This document shows positions 60,055-64,000 of a DNA stretch of 64,000 nt, piece by piece; within the stretch, counting starts at the first letter, position 1, and each line of letters starts with the position of its first letter. Both the position numbers and the translations under genes were made by a program. Below the pieces are notes generated by a model. It had not been told where the DNA came from. It worked only from the letters and a program-made list of their open reading frames with translations, and ran no database searches. The stretch spans positions 5,839-69,838 of the forward strand of contig CAZRBN010000001.1 in assembly GCA_964598355.1 (NCBI GenBank), given 5' to 3'. This DNA comes from an uncultured Gammaproteobacteria bacterium. GTDB lineage: Bacteria > Patescibacteriota > Microgenomatia > Levybacterales > UBA12049.

Positions 60055-60372
60055 ATGTCCAATAAAAAACCTATTAAAGTAAAAGTTAGAGACACCAAAG
60101 ATGTTATCTTTGAAGGAGAAGTAGACCGAATTAGCTCATACAATGAAGTTGGACGCTTTGATGTTTTTCCGATGCACGCTAACTTTATTTCTATAATTCA
60201 ACAGGAAATTATCTTATATAAAGATCATCAAAAAGTGAAGGAACTGAAAATTGAAAAAGCCGTGATGAAAGTCAAACAAGACAACGTTGTTATCTTTTTA
60301 GGTATTGAAGCACTTGTTGTCGAAGATGAAATTCTAACAACACAGCCAACTCCACCAAAAACCACGAACTAA
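60055..60372 (+). CDS. atpC: F1-type ATPase epsilon subunit-like, beta-sandwich domain only
   Basis: IFEGEVDRI...GRFDVFPMHANFIS resembles the epsilon GxxGILPxHAP motif; no C-terminal helical hairpin. Confidence 0.75.
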   Translation: MSNKKPIKVKVRDTKDVIFEGEVDRISSYNEVGRFDVFPMHANFISIIQQEIILYKDHQKVKELKIEKAVMKVKQDNVVIFLGIEALVVEDEILTTQPTPPKTTN

Positions 60373-60397
60373 ATTAAACTTCAAGGGTACATATAAG

Positions 60398-60470
60398 TAA
60401 AATGAAAAACTTAAAATTGCGGTATTTTATTTATTGATAAAGTATCGTAATTTTTCACCTATTATTTTCC
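60398..60470. repeat. Intergenic AT-rich hairpin element
   Basis: aaaattgcggtatttta...taaagtatcgtaatttt pairs fully as RNA (with G-U) on the + strand. Confidence 0.65.
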
Positions 60471-60770
60471 ATTTTTATTAGCTTTGTCTTCTTCTTGAAT
60501 TTGCTAATTACTGCAAATAGATTTAGATTTTTGGGAAAATAATTTCATAAAATTATGATCAATAAATATCATCAATACTCCTCTTTAGACTATTAAATCA
60601 AGTAAAAATAGTACGCAATCTGTCTACTATATATATTTAGGATATTGACTAGATATACTAAAACCAATTACAGTTAAATTAGGCTTAAAAAATGATCTTT
60701 TTTGAGATAAGAAAGTGCCCACACATTTCTACTTTTTTTAGCCTTAGCATTTATTTTTTAAAACAACAAG

Positions 60771-63700
60771 ATGGATTCAGCTCGCCCAGGCAATCCTAAA
60801 AAGTTATTGACGTTGAAAGAAGCTGCCCAGCAATTGGCAGTTTCTATTGACGTCCTCATCGAATGGAATAAGCACCACATTCTCAAACCTACTATCACAC
60901 CTGAAGGCGAAATGGGCTATACGCCTGAGCAACTGGAAGACTTTGCACAAATCAGACAATCGCTTCTCGAGGGAGTCTCACTCAATACAGAAAAACCTTC
61001 ACAAGATTTGCCTGGGCGGGCTGAGTCTATTGTGGAGAATGCAATCTATGAAGAAAGGAGGACGCAAAGCAATCTCTACCAAAAATTCTTAAGGTGGATT
61101 GGACGTGAATTCTACAGTGATGACTTCGTCAAAGAATATCTCAAATCTCAAGTGAGAGACTCACTAACATCTCCTATTAAGATGCCATCACGCAAAGTAG
61201 CTACCATTACAACAGGAATCATTGTCATTGGTGTGATAACATTATTTACTCAACAAAACCACATTAAATTTATTTTTGATACATATCAAGAGCGATTTAT
61301 AAAATTAACCGAAAATAGAACCAAAATTCTAGGGGCACAGACAAGCAAACTTCAACTTACTGGAAATGTTATTTTTGGTCTTCCTGTAGAATTTAAAGAA
61401 AACGCAACATTAAAAAAAGATCTCACCGTTGCGGGAAACGGCACATTTACTGGCCATCTAACAGCTCCAAATATTTTATACGGCTTCAAAGCTGGAGCAA
61501 ACGTTAAGGTCGCTGGAGACAAGCAAAACCCAACCATCTCAGTTGATCTTTCTAAGACAGTTACCTCGATAGGAGGTCTTGTAGGAGATATAACATTACA
61601 AGCTGGAAACACAGACATTACCATTACTGGCACGACCATTTCAAACACAGCAACCCTGAGTACTGTTGTTAGTCGAGGACACTGCTCGAGTTGTGTAACA
61701 AATGCTGATGTAGCACACAATTTGATTATTGATGCAACCGGTCAAATTGCCGGAGAAGCAATTAAGTCAGGCGTTATTAGTCCAAGTGTTGGAGGGACTG
61801 GTTTGACAACGTACACATCAGGAGCATTTTTGTATGCTTCTTCGTCAAATGTCCTTGCCACACTGCCAATCGGAACAGCCAATGGACAAATTTTACAGGT
61901 ACAAAATGGTCTTCCATCTTGGACATCCATTGCACTTAATGCTGCAGGAGCAAACTCAAACACGTCAGGAGCAAACTTGGTTGGTGTCTTCCCTAATCTC
62001 ACCAATACAACAGCCACAAATTTACAACAAGTGTTAAAAGACTTGGATTCATCAATTACATCAGCTGGACAATCTCCTTTTATCATTAACACTGACGTAA
62101 CCTACGGAAATTATATAAGGTCAAGCACTACCTCAAACCATTTTGTACTTGGAGGTAATGGTTCGATTACAAAATCGACGCTATTTTTTAATGCAACAAC
62201 AGGAAATCTTGCTCTTGGCACTGCTGCCTCCATCAGTGGTACGCTCACTCTTAATGCGTCTGGTACTGGAGCAACTGCCCCAACCATTTCTGCAAGTTCG
62301 TCTGGTGATTTGCTCATTCCAACGGGCAATATCGGAATTGGCATCGGTACTAATCCTTTTGATGTCGATGCTTCTAATAACCCTTTCAGACTTGAAGTAG
62401 CAGGAAGTATTGGGCCAAACGCTAATAATACATACGACTTAGGTTCACCAACCAGACAATACCGAAACCTGTACCTTTCTGGCCAGACAACCTCAGGAGG
62501 AAATATAACAATAGCCAATACTTCACCAACAATAACATTTATTGATACTGATCCTGGTGAGAATCAATTTGCAATTAATACTGACGCTTCAAAATTTGTC
62601 ATAAACAATAACACAACAGGCCTTAAAGCATTTGCCATAACTGCAAACGGAGACCTTGCTCTAGGTTCAACAGCAACTGCAAATGCTCCATTTTCTTTTC
62701 TTAACGTAGCAAGCGGTACTCCTATCGCATCTGTCTCTGCAGGAGCAAGCGGAGCAACATATTTGACAGCAAATGGGACCCTAGCAACCACAGCAAAGCA
62801 AACATTAACCCTAGGAACGATAACCACAGGCAATATTGTCTTGGCTCCTGGAGGAGTAACAGCACTACAAACAGCTGGTACTAACTTAATTGCAGGAGGA
62901 ACCCTTACCGGACTCACTGGTATTACCTCTTCAGGGACTATCACTTTTAGCGGTCTTACCAATGGATTGCTTAAAGCAAATGGCTCTGGCGCTCTTTCTA
63001 TCGCAGTGCCAGGAGCTGATTTTGAAAATCCACTTACTTTCTCAAATGGTTTAACACGAACAAGTAATGCAGTTGCCTTAGGAGGCACTCTAACTGGTAA
63101 CACGGATCTCCCATTAGCTGGATTTAACCTCACATTATCTGGAAGCGGAAAGGTTGGTATAGGAACAGCCACCCCATCTGCTCTGCTTCATATACAAGGA
63201 GGTAACACAGGTGGAAATGCAGCACTTATTGTTAATCAAACAGGTGCAGTAACTAATGATTTGTTTACCGCATCCTCATCCGGAACCACCCAATTTACCA
63301 TTGCAAACAATGGTAATATTACTGCCAATGGTACTCTTCTCTCTTTGGGGAATGGCTCTGCTGCAACCATCAATACTCCATCTGGCAATGCTTCTCTCAC
63401 GGTTGCTCCTAATGGCACAGGTGCTTTGAACTTAGGTACTACCAACACTGGCAATGTTGCCATTGGAAACAGTACTGGTACCTTTGCTCTCACCTCCAGT
63501 GGTGGCTTAAATGTCACTACCGCTGGTGCTCTCACTGGTGTCTCTTCTCTGGACACCATCACCACTTCTGCTACCTCTCTTGGGTTTGCCAATGCAGGTA
63601 CCATTTCCACTGGCAACAATGGTAACTTCACCATTACTCCTAATGGCACTGGCAACACTGTTCTGACAAGTACTGCAACCAGTGGTGTTCTCGTTGGTTC

Positions 63701-64000
63701 CTCATCCAATACCCTCGCTCCGCTCTCTGTCTCTGGTGGCATTGGGTCCAATGCTTCTTTCATTGTGAACAATTTGAACTCTGGTGATTTGTTCACTGCA
63801 AGTGCAAGTGGAACTACCCGATTCACTGTTGCCAACAATGGCAGTTTGAAGAACAATTTGCTCCCTAATATTACCAACACCTATGACGTAGGATCCGCAT
63901 CCTTCCAATGGAACAATGTCTATGCCAACAACATTTATCAAAATGGTACTCCTCTCACCCAACTCTTCCAGAGAAACAATGGTGCACTTTCACCATTCAA
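60771..64000 (+). CDS. Giant membrane-anchored fibre-like surface protein with N-terminal MerR/excisionase-type HTH (over 1076 aa, 3' end outside window)
   Basis: Not in ORF track (no stop in window). MDSARPGNPKKLLTLKEAAQQLAVSIDVLIEWNKHHILKP (HTH), TM VATITTGIIVIGVITLF, KILGAQT, then G/T/N/S-rich beta repeats incl. PNANNTYDLGSPTRQYRNLY, GKVGIGTATPSALLHI, PNITNTYDVGSASFQWNNVY; frame checked at several points. Confidence 0.9.
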   Translation, partial: MDSARPGNPKKLLTLKEAAQQLAVSIDVLIEWNKHHILKPTITPEGEMGYTPEQLEDFAQIRQSLLEGVSLNTEKPSQDLPGRAESIVENAIYEERRTQSNLYQKFLRWIGREFYSDDFVKEYLKSQVRDSLTSPIKMPSRKVATITTGIIVIGVITLFTQQNHIKFIFDTYQERFIKLTENRTKILGAQTSKLQLTGNVIFGLPVEFKENATLKKDLTVAGNGTFTGHLTAPNILYGFKAGANVKVAGDKQNPTISVDLSKTVTSIGGLVGDITLQAGNTDITITGTTISNTATLSTVVSRGHCSSCVTNADVAHNLIIDATGQIAGEAIKSGVISPSVGGTGLTTYTSGAFLYASSSNVLATLPIGTANGQILQVQNGLPSWTSIALNAAGANSNTSGANLVGVFPNLTNTTATNLQQVLKDLDSSITSAGQSPFIINTDVTYGNYIRSSTTSNHFVLGGNGSITKSTLFFNATTGNLALGTAASISGTLTLNASGTGATAPTISASSSGDLLIPTGNIGIGIGTNPFDVDASNNPFRLEVAGSIGPNANNTYDLGSPTRQYRNLYLSGQTTSGGNITIANTSPTITFIDTDPGENQFAINTDASKFVINNNTTGLKAFAITANGDLALGSTATANAPFSFLNVASGTPIASVSAGASGATYLTANGTLATTAKQTLTLGTITTGNIVLAPGGVTALQTAGTNLIAGGTLTGLTGITSSGTITFSGLTNGLLKANGSGALSIAVPGADFENPLTFSNGLTRTSNAVALGGTLTGNTDLPLAGFNLTLSGSGKVGIGTATPSALLHIQGGNTGGNAALIVNQTGAVTNDLFTASSSGTTQFTIANNGNITANGTLLSLGNGSAATINTPSGNASLTVAPNGTGALNLGTTNTGNVAIGNSTGTFALTSSGGLNVTTAGALTGVSSLDTITTSATSLGFANAGTISTGNNGNFTITPNGTGNTVLTSTATSGVLVGSSSNTLAPLSVSGGIGSNASFIVNNLNSGDLFTASASGTTRFTVANNGSLKNNLLPNITNTYDVGSASFQWNNVYANNIYQNGTPLTQLFQRNNGALSPF

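Noticed and set aside
60847-63962. ORF-track ORFs at 60847, 61352, 61742, 61834, 62111, 62143, 62564, 63236 and 63702
   Set aside because: Antisense or off-frame shadows of the giant + strand ORF starting at 60771.
60771-64000. Prophage tail fibre gene
   Set aside because: No capsid, terminase or integrase genes nearby, and the protein has an N-terminal HTH plus TM anchor typical of a cellular surface protein.

Overview
AT-rich bacterial chromosome segment in genetic code 11. Gene content and style (short TpiA, FemAB, PilN/PilO, GT-C clusters, few Shine-Dalgarno sites, giant surface protein) point to Patescibacteria/CPR, probably Microgenomates; this is an inference. Left part: lepA, a 6S-like structured RNA candidate, murJ, rpsT, a pilN-pilO/LPxTG-protein/membrane glycosyltransferase operon, LCP, tpiA, pcrA, femAB. 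Middle: stress, redox and signalling genes (sodN-sodX, KGG protein, UDG, msrA, four histidine kinases, two OmpR-family regulators, MacAB-like exporter, DsbA, an ApbE/FMN-bind/RnfD-FNR flavinylation module, a Zur-Znu-like metal ABC transporter, MarR). Right part holds the strongest candidate for an undescribed system: two double-domain GH130-like genes, then an F-type ATPase operon in canonical order (c-b-delta-alpha-gamma-beta-epsilon) with no subunit a gene. Its subunit-c homologue lacks the ion-binding Glu and is fused to a signal peptide plus an exported fibre-chaperone-like domain. A giant HTH-TM-beta-fibre gene follows and runs off the window. Three genes carry frameshifts or internal stops. 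Two regulator-binding direct-repeat families, many apparently leaderless promoters and a family of 7-bp-periodic hairpin elements are visible. All family assignments come from recognised motifs, not from searches.
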